In this document: piece by piece, positions 9,236 to 23,200 of the stretch | Layout of the letters: every line of letters starts with the position of its first letter | Numbering within the stretch: position 1 is the stretch's first letter | The notes under the pieces: generated by a model | The model's input: only the letters and a program-made list of their open reading frames with translations | The model's database searches: none | Told to the model about the DNA's origin: nothing | NCBI GenBank assembly: GCA_022605425.2 | Contig: CM061255.1 | Span: 62,001 to 126,000 of the forward strand | Source: Hamiltosporidium tvaerminnensis FI-OER-3-3 | Lineage: Eukaryota; Fungi; Microsporidia | Reading direction: 5' to 3' | DNA: 64,000 nucleotides | Program-made: the position numbers and the translations under genes

Positions 9236-12200
9236 CTAAATAATTATAAAATCTTTAAAAACAAATAAAAAAATATTTACTAATTTAATAAGATTAGAAT
9301 CAGCTTTCAAAAAAAATTTTTTTACTGATAGATATAAAATAATTTAAATTAGTTTGATGTGAATAATATATGAAAAATCATAAGATTTCATAAGAACCTT
9401 TAAAATATTGTGAATTCTAATTTTGAACAGCAAATAATTATAATATTTAGCTTCCAATATGATTTACACATATATATACATTTGCTTTATTTTGCATGCA
9501 CCATGCTCTAATTCAAATAACCTTCAAATTTTTAACTTTTAGAAACCAAACTTTATTCTGCTGGCATTATGCCAACGAACGAAAATGGTGAGTTTTTCGA
9601 GCAATAAAGTTTTCGGAAAAGAACAAAAGAATTTTAAAACGTAAATGTTCGCCATATATGATATTTATAAACGGAAGAAAACGACTAATAAAGAATCATT
9701 AATCTATTAACAAAGAGTACAATGTACTTTAAAATTAAATATTTTTTTTATTAAAATAATTTTTAAAAAATTTTTGTAAAAAAAATTACAAACGAAAACG
9801 TACTATGGATATTAGTGTTAGCAAGTATATTTTTTGAAACTGTGTATTAAGCAATTTCAAGTTCTCAAATCTTATATTAGAAACTCAATGTGAAATTCTT
9901 GACAATTTTTTTCGTAAAAAGGAATGAAAACAAAAACTTACAAAAATATTTAAATATGTAAACATTATTCTATTAAATTTGATTATACTAAAAAATACTC
10001 GTATTAATGAAATTTATGAAGTTGCAATACCTATGAAAAAGTTATTTTAATTAGATTGTTTTCAAAACAAATGAACCAATTTGTTTTAGAAAAGCCTTTT
10101 TTTTCATCTAAGATATATTATCAATCTCAACATTAACAGCTGGATTTATTTTAACCTTAAAAAAAATTAAAATCCTTAGACAATAAATGATCTAAATTGA
10201 TATGGGCTCAGCTACTTTATTCTTTGACAATGATATCAGTATTTTAAAATTAGAAATTAGCTTTTATTTTAAGTCTATTGTAACGTCAAGAATTAAAATT
10301 AGAAACAGTCGAGTTTTCTTTAAAACAAGATTTACAAAAATAAACGCTAATAGTTAGTTTACTAGAATATGATTAAGCAAATAATCTTAAAAGACTGAAA
10401 ATAATTAGCAATTTGACAATTTGCTTATAAAGACAAGTCATTCTAATGCGTTCCCAGGAAAACCATTGCTAAAAAGCGGTTTTAAAATATTTAAGGCAAA
10501 CAAAGATATTTATCGAATTTGAATTAAATTAAAAAATTTCATGATACATTTATCCCATTAATTTTTTAGAAATAAGCCTATCAACTTAGCCGTTAAGCAC
10601 GTTTATAATCACCATATCGATACTAAAAATATGACCAGTTAGAATATACTAAAATTATCCAAAAAACACATATCTATAACAGTTTTTCCGAAGAATAAAT
10701 TTAAGAAACATGCTTTAAATGTATTTAAGGTGTATTTTAGATGTAAAGCAATAAATCATCATTTATACTCTGAAATTATTTTTGCTAAGATTCTCAAACA
10801 AATCACCTAAAAACCTTAGCCATAAATCTGACAAGTACAAAAATACTATCTTTAATATTAACTTATTCAATTAAAATATTTACAAACTGAGATATTTTAT
10901 ATCAAACAAATATGCATGATGTTAAGAAAGCATATTTAAAATTTGATGAAAAAATTTAAATCACTTCAGACGGAACTAAAAAAGCACAATAATCATAGCA
11001 ATAATGAAATATTAGCATCATTTAACATAATAAATAACATAGATATTTTAATATGAAATTTTACCAGCCGAATTTCTGAGAACCATCTAATCTAAATAAT
11101 TTGTAAATACGCAGTGAATATACAAACTGTCTATTAAACACAATCTACAAATACACCTATTTATAAAATATTTAACATGCCGCTTTTATAGAAATAATAA
11201 TTTATAATAGATAAGCATTGAAATATTAAGCAAATATTCAATTTTATAAATATTATTACAAATAATTCTATTTCTTCTCACACAATATATATTATTGCTC
11301 TATCAAACATAATTGAGATTAGAGACACTTTAGCATCTTAACAGTGGACTAAAATAAAATTATATTCATTTGTCATACAATAGAAAAATTCAGTGTATCT
11401 TCCAAGACTGTTCTGAAATATCAAAAGAAAATATATATGCAGAAAATAAAATCCTAGATATTAAAATTTAAATCTAGAATTATAAAATCGATCTATTAAA
11501 AAAATTTGAGCCGAATGTAGCTAAAAATCGACTATTTGCGACTTGATAAAAGACAAATAGGTTATGTACATTTTTATTTCTAATTGACTATATAATTAAA
11601 AATTAAGTATTTATTTAAATGTATTTTACTAATCTAATTATAATAGCAATAAAGATCGGAATCTGACATATTCCTTCTATAATTTTTACACAGTAATCGA
11701 GATTTTATAATACAATTCCAAATCATTTTGAAACGACAAAATTATTATATTATGATAATATTATTTTAAATATAAGCTGTTCTGCAATTTAAGCCAATTT
11801 ATATCCTGTAAACCTAACATTGGTAACCAAAATATATCCTTCAAATGGAAGCAAAAAGGTTTGATACTAGGTATAGTAGGTATAAAAAAATTAGGGTTAT
11901 GCTTAAATAAAAAGGCATATATTATAATTAAGACTGCTAGCAATTGTTTTATAACATTAATGGGTTAAGTTAAGCTTTCTTTAGACGCATCATTACTTTC
12001 GAAACTCTCTTCTTAATGCGGGATTTTCGGCTTTAGTGTAACATTAAAGCACTTCATTCAATTGATTAAATATTTTACGTTCGACATTTAAAGCAGTTTT
12101 TAACTTATTTCTTAAATTTTTATATGATACTCAGATGTAAGCCTCCCTAAAATTTTGCATATGAAAAATGTGGATAAATTACGAAGCATTTATTTATATA

Positions 12201-15200
12201 TACACTGTTTTTTTCATCAAGTAAACATTTCGATTCCATATACATGCCATCATATTTATTTCGCTGGCATGCAACTTTATACTTTTACTTCATATGAAAA
12301 TTTAGAATCCTTTTCTATAAATATGCGTTTGAGAGCGCTTATTAGTCTTGAAGATAACACTAAACTAAACGAACTAACTTTATACAGAAATTTCTTTAGA
12401 GTCTAAATTGTTTCTAAAGATTTAACAAGGATTAAATCCAGTATTGCACAAATTTATATATTACTTTCAGCAATGCTTAAAAATTGAGATTATTTGAGTC
12501 ATTTACCTCAATCAAATTTTTAAAATTATCTCTAAAAACAAACAGTTAAACATATTTTAAAAACTTTTTTTACGAAAATATTATTTTTATTAGTTTATTA
12601 AATCTTTCATACTTGAAATACATTTATTATTTATACATTCCCATATAATATGAAGAAATTATTCTCTGCAGATTGAATATTTGAAAATTTTTACAAGAAA
12701 AACTTTAGATGTATTTAAATAGGAAAATTAAGTTTGAAAAACAAATAGTGGCTTTAAAAAGGAAAACCAAAAGATTTTGTTATATTACGCAATTATTTAT
12801 TTATTAGCCAACTTCTTAGCATTGCATTTTTTGAAATAAATTTAATTCCAGACCTTTTTTTAAAAAACTTGATAACTTTTATAGTATTCGGTGACATTAA
12901 CGTTTATAAAAAAAAATCTTTTTTGTAATCGTAAAGAGATTTTATCAAAATTTTTGATTTTTTACTAGTTTGATATAGAGCTCGATTATAATATTCCCAA
13001 ACTTAAGTTAGAACCCATCTTACTGTCAATATATTTGTACTAAAATGCAAGATATAAAAAAATGCACAAGTAAATAAAGCATACATAATTAATTAACAAG
13101 TAAATTTAATCAATATAATATCCAATTACTTCTATAATAGCACCAAGAATAATATAATTCAAGAGATATAGTATTATAAGACAATTACGTATTAAATTTT
13201 TCATATTTGGGAGCGTATGCAAATATAAATAGTTTATTTTATAAATTCTCAAATCTTCTATCATGAAAATATACTGTATCATGTATTTCACTTCAAATTT
13301 GACAATTAAAAAAGAGTTTCATTTCATAATATAATGAATTAAATTAATACAAAAATTAACAGTTTTAATAATAATTAAATGTATGTTGTGGTTACCGCAT
13401 AAAGACAAAAGTATCAATTTATTCCACATGTGAATGTTTTTATAAAAGTAGCACAATTATTTTATGATTACAAAACGATACTTCCTTCTTTTAGTTTTAG
13501 AAATTTTACAGTACAAACTTAGTACCTATTGAGAAAAATCAAACCGTATAAAAATTATATTCTGCAAAAAATGTGTTTAATGAAATATATCGAAAAACTT
13601 TTAATTCCGATTGGCAAGAATTTAATGATGTGCGTTTTTTACCATTTTTATATTATTTAATAAGAAAACATCTTTCTATCATAAAAACTTAGATATTACA
13701 AAAGTAGAGTTCTTAATGTTGTATACATTTTCTGTTGTTTTAGACTATAAAACATTATATTAAGTTTTATAGAAAGAGTATTGACAAACTTCTTTTATTT
13801 TTAAGTTTCATAAAGCAGTTATAAAAATTTTAAAATTACTGCAAACCTGCAATTAGTAAATATCTGATTATGTTTACAGATTTTAAAGATATGAACGGAA
13901 CAAGTATGATAAAACACAAACATAATATTAAAAGTAATCTGTTAGATATATGCCAATAGCTTTCACACCAATATGGATTCATGGGCTTGCATTTTATGAT
14001 TCTAGTTTTGCGGATAAACTTTTCGTTTTGTATTATGGGTAAGAACACAATGCATGAGTTCAATATTTTTAAAATTTTTATTTGTGCGTTCTTAGAATCT
14101 TTCAAAGAAAGATCAGGCTATCATCTTAGCCCTGAACTAAATCTGAATTCGAAAGATAATGTGCGAATCGACCAGAGTGCAAACCATTCATTCAAATTTA
14201 TCTCGTAATATATAGCACATAAAAGTAAACCATTGCAGCTCGCGCTTATATTTGAAATTACAAGCTTACCTTTATTATGAAGAAATTTATAATAAAACGA
14301 CTATTAAATGCACAAATTTATTTTTAACGATTTTATACAAGCATTTATTTTTATTATAATTGGCAAATTTCTAAAATAAAATAAAATCTTCGGATAAAAT
14401 ATTAATAGAATCTTTTTTTTATTAACGAACCAAGGAACAAAATAAAATAAATATAAAAATTTTACTTATCTATTAATTAAAACAATACTATCAAAATTAA
14501 CATATCATTATTATATTACTTATGGTTAAGTTTATTTGTGAATTTCTTCGCTTCTATAATATGCCTAAAAGGAACGGATTAGATGAGGTATCCAATATAA
14601 TTCTTTTGAAAAACATTTCTGATGATAATAAAAATTTCTAGATTGATAAAGTTAAAATACTAACATTAGAAGCCACATATTTTATATAATACACTGTATA
14701 ACAACACAAATTATGGTTTGAATTCCATTGTATCAGATTATTCTTGACGCTAAACAAATATCACACTTAAGCTTAAATATAGGTTGCATAATAAACGCTT
14801 ATTTGTGATGCAAAAAAACTACTTTCAAAATATTTATCAAAAATCTGCAAAAGGTGTAAAAAGTTGAGAAAAAACATTCGAAAATATTTGAGACTTACGA
14901 TATTTGTTTATATATCTTTTAAAAACACAAAGGATATGTTTAAAATTAAACGCCTAGCCATTTATAATATCAAAAATAATTTTTACTAGATCCTATTATG
15001 AATTAAGAAATAAAAAAAGTCTATATAACTAGCAGCTTAAGATCATTATTTCTCTATTATTTTAGAATAGCCGCTAGGTGTTTCATTAAAATTATGTATT
15101 TTTATGGTAACATTCATAAAAACTATTTGTAAAGCGCCACCGAAGAATATTTTGCATATGCGCAGGGTAAAAGCTATACAATTCTATGTAGATGTGACAA

Positions 15201-15976
15201 GACACACTTTTATGAAGTTGTCCTTAATTAGCTTGATACCAATCGGCAGATATCCGTGATATGACTTCTCAGATATGACAGCGTCAGATCTTCCTTACTA
15301 AAATATGTCTATGAAAAAAATATTATGTTAGTAAAGTAATTTGTAAAATCTAAAGTATATTTAAAATTTCTTTTTTAAAGCATTAATAGTATTTGAGTAG
15401 TAACACAGTCTATTGTTCGTATAGAAACTTAGTTCGGTTACATTAATTTCTACAGGTTTATGGTTTATTTGAACCTTTGGTCACATACTATATCCTTTTT
15501 TTTCTATTACAAAACTTTATTACGAATAAACTCGCAAACATTATATACTATCTTAAGTTTTCCTATCCGCAAGAACTTTTTGGTGTTGAAGATGAAAATA
15601 TGGAATGACTACGTATTCTTTCAGTGGCCAAACCTAAGAATTTTCTTGGTTTTATAATTTATAATAGATGAAAATTTTTATTAAAATAACAACTTTTTGT
15701 ATCCCATACAATTTTATTGTTTCAAAAACAAATTTTACATTTCAAAAATAATTTATTTTTTAATATTCGTGTTTCTTTAAATTTTAGATTTTCTTGAACC
15801 AATCAATCTCGTTTTATATAAAACAATTTTTTTTGATTTTGTCTAACAGAGCGAGTATACCATCTCATAATAGTCTATATAAAAATATGCTTCTTGAATT
15901 TAATTCCAAAACATACATTCGATCTGGGAAATTTGCAGTATAATTTTTTTTATAATATTTCATATTTAAAATAATA

Positions 15977-16697
15977 GTGGAGGGAGGATAACCACATAAA
16001 AAACTTTCTCTTGGCAATGAGTGTCTGAAACTGGTATAAGGATCATTGCTCATTTTTTTGGTAAGGCTCAAATCACACTACATCTTCGGTTGTTCCATGA
16101 TAATTGTTATAAGGAAGAAAGGTCTAAGAAATAGCGAAACTTTTTTACAAATTTATTGTGAGTTTTATGTAACTGGATCAAAGGCCGCAGCCAAACACAT
16201 ATGTAATGGCCATGTATAAGCATGAAAACCTAGCCTTGTTCATTCGGGCTAGAAGACTTAGTGCCCGGGAGATATAAAAATATAAACCATTAAAAGCCGG
16301 GAGAGCTAAGTAGCAGGTTATACTTGTTGGTATAACATTGCACTGTCTAGGTGGAACTCATTTAATTCTCCGAAATATATCTTAGCTAGAACTTCATTGG
16401 GTTCAGGAAGTGTAGAGTAAGGGGGAAGGCTGCATAGTCTTAGTGGAGCTTAGGGTAAGTTCCGCCTTCGATTACAATCCATGCAACCGACATTAACGAA
16501 CTCCGGTCAACTGTCTCGCCTATAAATTAGGTTTTACATACCTGGTAGATGAAAGGCTTCGAGACATAGGTATCGCAGTAGGTACTGATAAAGTGTTGGG
16601 TAGCAGTTATTTATGCTAACCTAGAACTTCGTTAATGTCATGAAAACAAATATAAAACTTGCCACTGTTTTAAAAGATGTGATACTTTACAATAAAG
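15977..16697 (+). mobile_element. Family L structured non-coding retroposon, copy 3
   Basis: Begins GTGGAGGGAGGATAACCACATAAAAAACTTTC and ends GATGTGATACTTTACAATAAAG. Collinear with copy 5. No clear TSD. Confidence 0.9.
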
Positions 16698-17011
16698 GCT
16701 GATATGGAGCAAAAAATGAGTTCAATATAAATACTGAAAGCTTATGGCATCAGATTCAAGAAGAAAAATATATATTACAAAAAAACGTGTAATAAATATC
16801 CGTCCATAATAATATTGATACGAGGTTAAAATATAAAAACATTGCCCTGAATGTTCGAAAAAGAAAAGCTCCTATAAAATATGGTTAGATAGAATTAAAA
16901 TACAGATATCTACAAGATTTTAAATATAACTTTAATAGTTATATGAATCGTAAAAAGCAATAATCAGAGCAACAAAACGTTTTTGCAGACTATACAGGAA
17001 ATTGAAATTAC

Positions 17012-17240
17012 CTCACTCACTTACTTACTTATTCCATTCCGATTTTACTTTTAAGTGTCGATGGAACAATTAAAGTTTAATATTTGTTTTTGTTAATCGG
17101 TTGTAACTCGGAGTTATAGGGATTGGCCAATAGATCAAGTGTGGTCTATATCCCTCAAAAAAGGCAATAATGAATCACAAGCCAACTCTACGTACTTATT
17201 GCCAACTAGCTGATTTTTAATTGAGCTATCCTCTCTCCAC
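17012..17240 (-). mobile_element. Family S short SINE-like element, copy 1
   Basis: The minus strand reads GTGGAGAGAGGATAG...TTGGCAATAAG (family-L-type head)...CCCTATAACTCCGAGTTACAACCGA...TGTTCC...GGAATGGAATAAGTAAGTAAGTGAGTGAG. Collinear with 59956-60180. Confidence 0.8.
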
Positions 17241-20200
17241 TAGACTAAAGTTTACTACTTTAATTCATGAATCAAAAATGAATGCTAGAGTAACCTTAGA
17301 AAATTAACATCTTTTTTAAATTCAAAATTATAGAATATAATGCATGGTTTTCTATTATTAGGTTTAGTAAATAAATAAATTTATGATCTATTTACATATT
17401 GTTTTTATCTATACAAACAATACCCATGATTCAAGTTTCGATCAAATCAATTGTTTTTCATTAAAATGCTGTAAGAAATTTTGTTAGATAACCAGATTTA
17501 ATATTCGCAATTTATTTTGCTCGTATCGGTTAACATATCAAATAAATTTCCGGAATTATCCTACATTTTTTTTTGCCAAGAATACTATAGATTAGCATGT
17601 GTCTATCAATATACGATGATATTTTTCTATATTCACAGTAAAACCTTAAAATTTTTTTTGAAAATTTGTATAGTTATTATAAAAAACAAAAGATATCCAA
17701 AAGACTCAATAAGTAACTACTTAGATATAGTTAAGTCATGTATTGATTACTTTGAGCTAAAACCATTGGATACAGTAGCTAACTAGCCTAAATTATGCCA
17801 TATACAAAATTTTCATATTTGTTCACAAATTATTTCTTTTTAAAAGAAAAAAAAAGAATAATTTGTCTCAATATTATTCGCTTAAGATGTAATATAAACA
17901 AAATATTAAATTTTATAATCAGAAAATAAGACTTATAGATTAATTTTTATCAAAGGTGTGTCCTAAGACAAGTTTAACTTCTCGTTTACCCTTGCTTAAA
18001 CATATTAATTACTTATGTTATAATTATGAGATCTGCATTCTTCTTAATTAATATATATTCGAACATACATTTTGTATTTTCATAAATTATTCAACTTAAA
18101 ATAAGCGGCATACTAAATTGCTATGCCTATTCTCAATTTACTTGCAATCATATATTTTAGCCATCTTAGTTTTGTTAAGTTCTAACGAAAAGTCTTTTTA
18201 CAATTATTAAGTTTGTGCATTAAATATGTACCATAGAATATATTTTTTGATTTTTTGCATAATTTTTTTCTTATGATTTCAAACTAAACTTGCGTTTAAT
18301 TTTTATAAAATCTAATAATAGACTCCTATTTTTCTAAAAACTTTAATATTTATTATTGAATTCATATGGTTAATCCAATTATAATCGATCTCTATTTACA
18401 AAAAACATTCTTAGAAGGCCTCGTATAAAAACATTAAATTAAAGATCTGAATATTTAAAACTTATTGGTTCACAAATGGTTTTTTAATTAAGCCCATGAA
18501 GAATTTCATACATTTATATTTCAATTTAGTCAAAACACTAAACTTTTTATGAGAAATAAATTATGGTCTAGTCATCAATATCATGATTAAAGATTCCATT
18601 TAGTAACGCTCAAAAAAAGCATAATAGAACCGAATATTTATTTTCATAAAGCGTTTAGTCGCTTCTTTTTTTGTGGATTATGTTTATATTGTGTTTCCTA
18701 TAGTGAAATTCCAAGACGAAAGTATTAATCGTATATTTGTATACAGTTAGAAGAAAATGGTTTGTTTAGTATATTTAATCCATTTCTTAATAAAATACAA
18801 GTTTTACGACTAGAAGATATATGGGTTTTTCAAAATTAGATAAAATTTTGTATTTTATAGAAAATTTATAGATTTAAAAAAGTAATATTCGACTTCGCTT
18901 ACGAATTTTATATGAAGTAAATCTCTCTAATCTATTCAATTTTATGTCTTTTAAAATTCCAAAAATCTTAGTTTCAATAGAATCAAAATGTATGTACCAT
19001 GAAGGCTTGATATAGCAATTTCAAGTCAGATTGGACCCTCCAGTATTGTTTCACGAAGTCTAAATACAGATATACCTTTCTTTGTACAAAAAACTCTTTC
19101 TTGTTATGAGGATCTATTATTATTCAAGATATATTTAAAAGTATCTTTGACTTTTTTAGCAATATAAATTCAATTTTGTTATGAATTTTTATCTATGGAT
19201 ATTAATTGACTTTATAACAGCAAAAATGCTTACAAATTGTATTCAAAAAATATATGCATATTTAACTCATATATTTCTTTGAAAATAGAAATATATTTAG
19301 TTTTAGCTATAGAAGAATAAATCAAAAAACTTAGATTATTGTTTAATCATAAAATCAACTAAAAATTTTTTTTTATATTATAAATTAATAATACGCTTTG
19401 TTCTGATAAGGTTTAAATTTTTATAGCCCATTGTTTCTCCTTTTCAAAATAAACGATATGTATTCAAAAATTATAGTTTCATTCTAACACACTAAAACTG
19501 TTAGTTTTTGTTTTTATTTATAAATTATTAAATATATTAGTTTTTCTATATATTTTTTAATAAGATGCAATTTAAATTTAAAATAGATGAGGTTTATAAC
19601 GATGAATAAAATTCTCTTAGGCTAACTGCTCTTATAATTATGAATTCTATAAAAGTACTGTACCCTAATAGGCTTTAAAAGCAACATATTATAAATGTTA
19701 CCTATCAATTTAAACCTTTAATTAAAAAAGTTCTACCTAAAAATACTCGATTTTCTCTACAGAGCCAATCATTGATTTAAGATCTAGTTAGATATATAAA
19801 TAAGTACCAATATATATTTTTGTACAAAAAAACTTGAGGAATTTTTTTATAATTAGAAAATTAATACATTTGCTTAGACGTATATTACAGCATGCTCAAC
19901 TATAAATAGAGTAATAAAATATAATCTGAAGAAGAGTAAACAAGAGAATTTTTAAGCCTATAGTGCATTTCTTAAAATATTGACGGCCACTAAAAAATTG
20001 TGTAAACTTTTTAAGTTTAGTTTTTGTTAATTTAAGCATATTTTTAAGTCAAGCATATTTATAAATATTTGTTAGAAATTACCTGATTGTCACACAATAA
20101 TCATTGATATTTCGGGTATTAAAAACATGCGCAGATAAACACAAAGATTTTACATTTGAATAGAACATCCGACTATGCGATTGGTTGAATACAGTAACAT

Positions 20201-23200
20201 AGATTTAGAAGTTTTAAACAAAAGGCAATGGCAAACCGCACATAAATAGAACTATATATTCCCTATCAGTTTCTTATCTAGTATAATCGATAAATAACGT
20301 TTTAATTTAATGTAAGTAAAGACATTCAAAAATATAAATGTAAGCGTAAATTTTAATCTTATATTGAGTAGAACATTAAACGTTCAAATAAAGAAAACAT
20401 TTCATTGTCCTCAGTTCAACCACGTATATATGAAATGCAGTAAAAATCCCTCTCAGAAATTGGTTTTTTTAAAAAATTGAAATTTACTCCAAAATTTTAA
20501 ACCTATCTTTTTAGCCAGTCATTTTTAGAATTGTGGAAATTATTTTCATACAACAGGCTAAGTATGCCAAAAATTAGAAAATAAGATTGAAAAAAAAAAT
20601 AGTGTACTGAGATAATAAAAATCCCAAAATAAAATTCTTTATATAAGAACTAATAGCTCAAAAGCCTGATATTTTTCTATGTCCTATATCTGACTAAGTA
20701 ACAAAGTTTGGCATATTTTTTAGTAGGAGTATAATTTCGTTGTGAGCAATTGCATTTATAAATAATTGCAAATATGTTTTTAGATAGAAAAGACATGAAA
20801 TTTTATTTATTTTACAATTTGATATATATCGAATAAAATATAAAACTATTAATTTCGATAAGTAATGCTCACAGCTTGATTCTGAAAACAAATATATTGT
20901 TAATTAAGAAAAATTTGTAAGGTTTTGCTTTCAAATGTTTTTCTAAAACTTATTTTCTTCTTACTATATGAAAGAATAAGTAATATTCATCGCATTTCAA
21001 AGAATTAAAACTAGCTATTTTTTTCTATTTTTAAAGACGGTTTAAAAAAATTACTAAAACCTCTAAATATTTGAATAACTTGTTTAAATTTAGTTAAAAC
21101 GCTCGAAATCAGTCATTATCTAAGTATTTTTTGAATAATTCCAAGATTCATGCGTCTTTTAAAAATGTGTCAACTAATTTAAAAATCTAATATAAAATCT
21201 CGACCTTTTAATTTTTCAGATAAAGCGAATTTCAATTCGTAAATCAATCATATCAAAATGTTGACAAAAATATAAGTCCTACCCGTTTATCGAACACATA
21301 TACTATGGAGATTTATATTGTAAACCAATCATTCTTAGAAAATATAATTGAATATTTTGTAAACTGGTTTTGTTTCAATTTGCAAAAAATTATTGAAGTG
21401 CAAATTTTCTATATACTATATTAATAGTCTTTGTTTTAAACGTACAAAAAAAAGTATAATTTAGTGATATTTAATTCTTTACTGCAGATGCATACTAAAA
21501 TACAATAATCAAAATCCAAATTTAAAACGAAAATTAAATAAATTTTGTAGTATATAACTAGCCTATTTAGAAAAGTTTTTATGTATAAACTTTAAGCGCA
21601 AACCAAAAACAAAGACTTTCAATTTAGCTTATAAATTTCTTATCTTATAAAATTAAAGTCAACATATTTACGCAAATATCCTTACAATGAATATTTTTCT
21701 CTAAGATATAGGCAGAAAATTAAGTATATTAAAATAAATTCACAATAAGCAATAAAAATGTTATAATAAACATATATAATGTGACATTATACAAATTTAT
21801 TTGTATGATATTCATAACCTCTTATCAGAGCAACGAGTTGTTTATTTAATGTTCATGGAATCAATAAAAGACTTTTAAAACACAGATCTAGAATGCCCCA
21901 AACATACCATATCCTATTTTTATCCAGAAAAAAAACTTTCAAATAAATAATAAGAGTAGAAAAAACCAAATATATTCTTAATATGTATTCGAATTACAAA
22001 AAACATAGCTTTTAGTATTCTTTAAATAGCTATTTTTTTCAATCTTAATCAAAGCATTCAAACGTAGCCATGTTCTTGAAATGAATGCGAAATACAGAAT
22101 ATATCTTCCGATTAGATTCAAAAAAAATTTTCGATATTAAACTAGATTTGTATAATAACTAAATATATTTTAAGATAAACCATGATACCAGATTACAAAA
22201 AAAAACATGTAAATAGTTTATAATCTATACTCATGCTCAAATTATTAGAATTATAATAACTCCATATATGTTCCATTTTGCTGCCCCTTAATGGAAAAAA
22301 AGCCTTTTTTTTTCGATTTAGTAAACGCTTTCTTTTGCAGGACAAGCAGAACAATCTTAAGTAAGTATAAAAATATTATCTAAGCCTTTTTATTTACATC
22401 TGGATTTGTAACAGAACGAAATATGTCCGAAAATTTTCTAAATATACAGAAATTCTATAAATCAAAATAACATAAAATACCGCAACCCAATATATTTACT
22501 ATAAGCATATAAAACTGCAGTTTTATATAAAATATATCGGAAATTATTGTATACTTTTCTCTTATGATAGATCACACAAAGAATATAATTATCAAAAAAT
22601 CTCGATGATATATTAAATGCTTCGGAATCTTATTTTAACTAAACCGATTCTGATAAAACAATTTGAAAATTTTTTAATATTCTACAATATGAGTTTTTTT
22701 ATTTAGTACTGCAAAAGTTCAAAAAGATTGGTTTAAGTAACCCAAATTTCCGTTTTAATGCGATTTTTAATAGAAAGATTGTATGTATTTACTAATTCTA
22801 TTGGTAACGATCCATAAAACATATATCTTGCTTTTATCAGGCATTATAAAAGCTTAAAAAACTAAATTAAAACTGATTTTTATCATTATTTTAGAGAAAC
22901 TTAAAATTCAGATCGTAGCGTATCAGTATCTATTTTAACTATATTTTTTTGTAAAGGCATAAATCTTGAAAGAATTACTTGAGATCTGTAATACTTAAAA
23001 ATAGTTGATAATTAATAAAAAAAATGTCTTAAAAGTTCTTACAAATGATTATAAGATAAATGTAAAAAAGTTACAAAAAAATTATTGGTAAATCAAAAAT
23101 TATATAATTGCGTATATAAATGAATACTTTTTTGTCTTATAAAGCGTAAGCCTTTTTGAAGTTCACGATTTTCAATTTTGCGTGATAACAGCAACTAAGA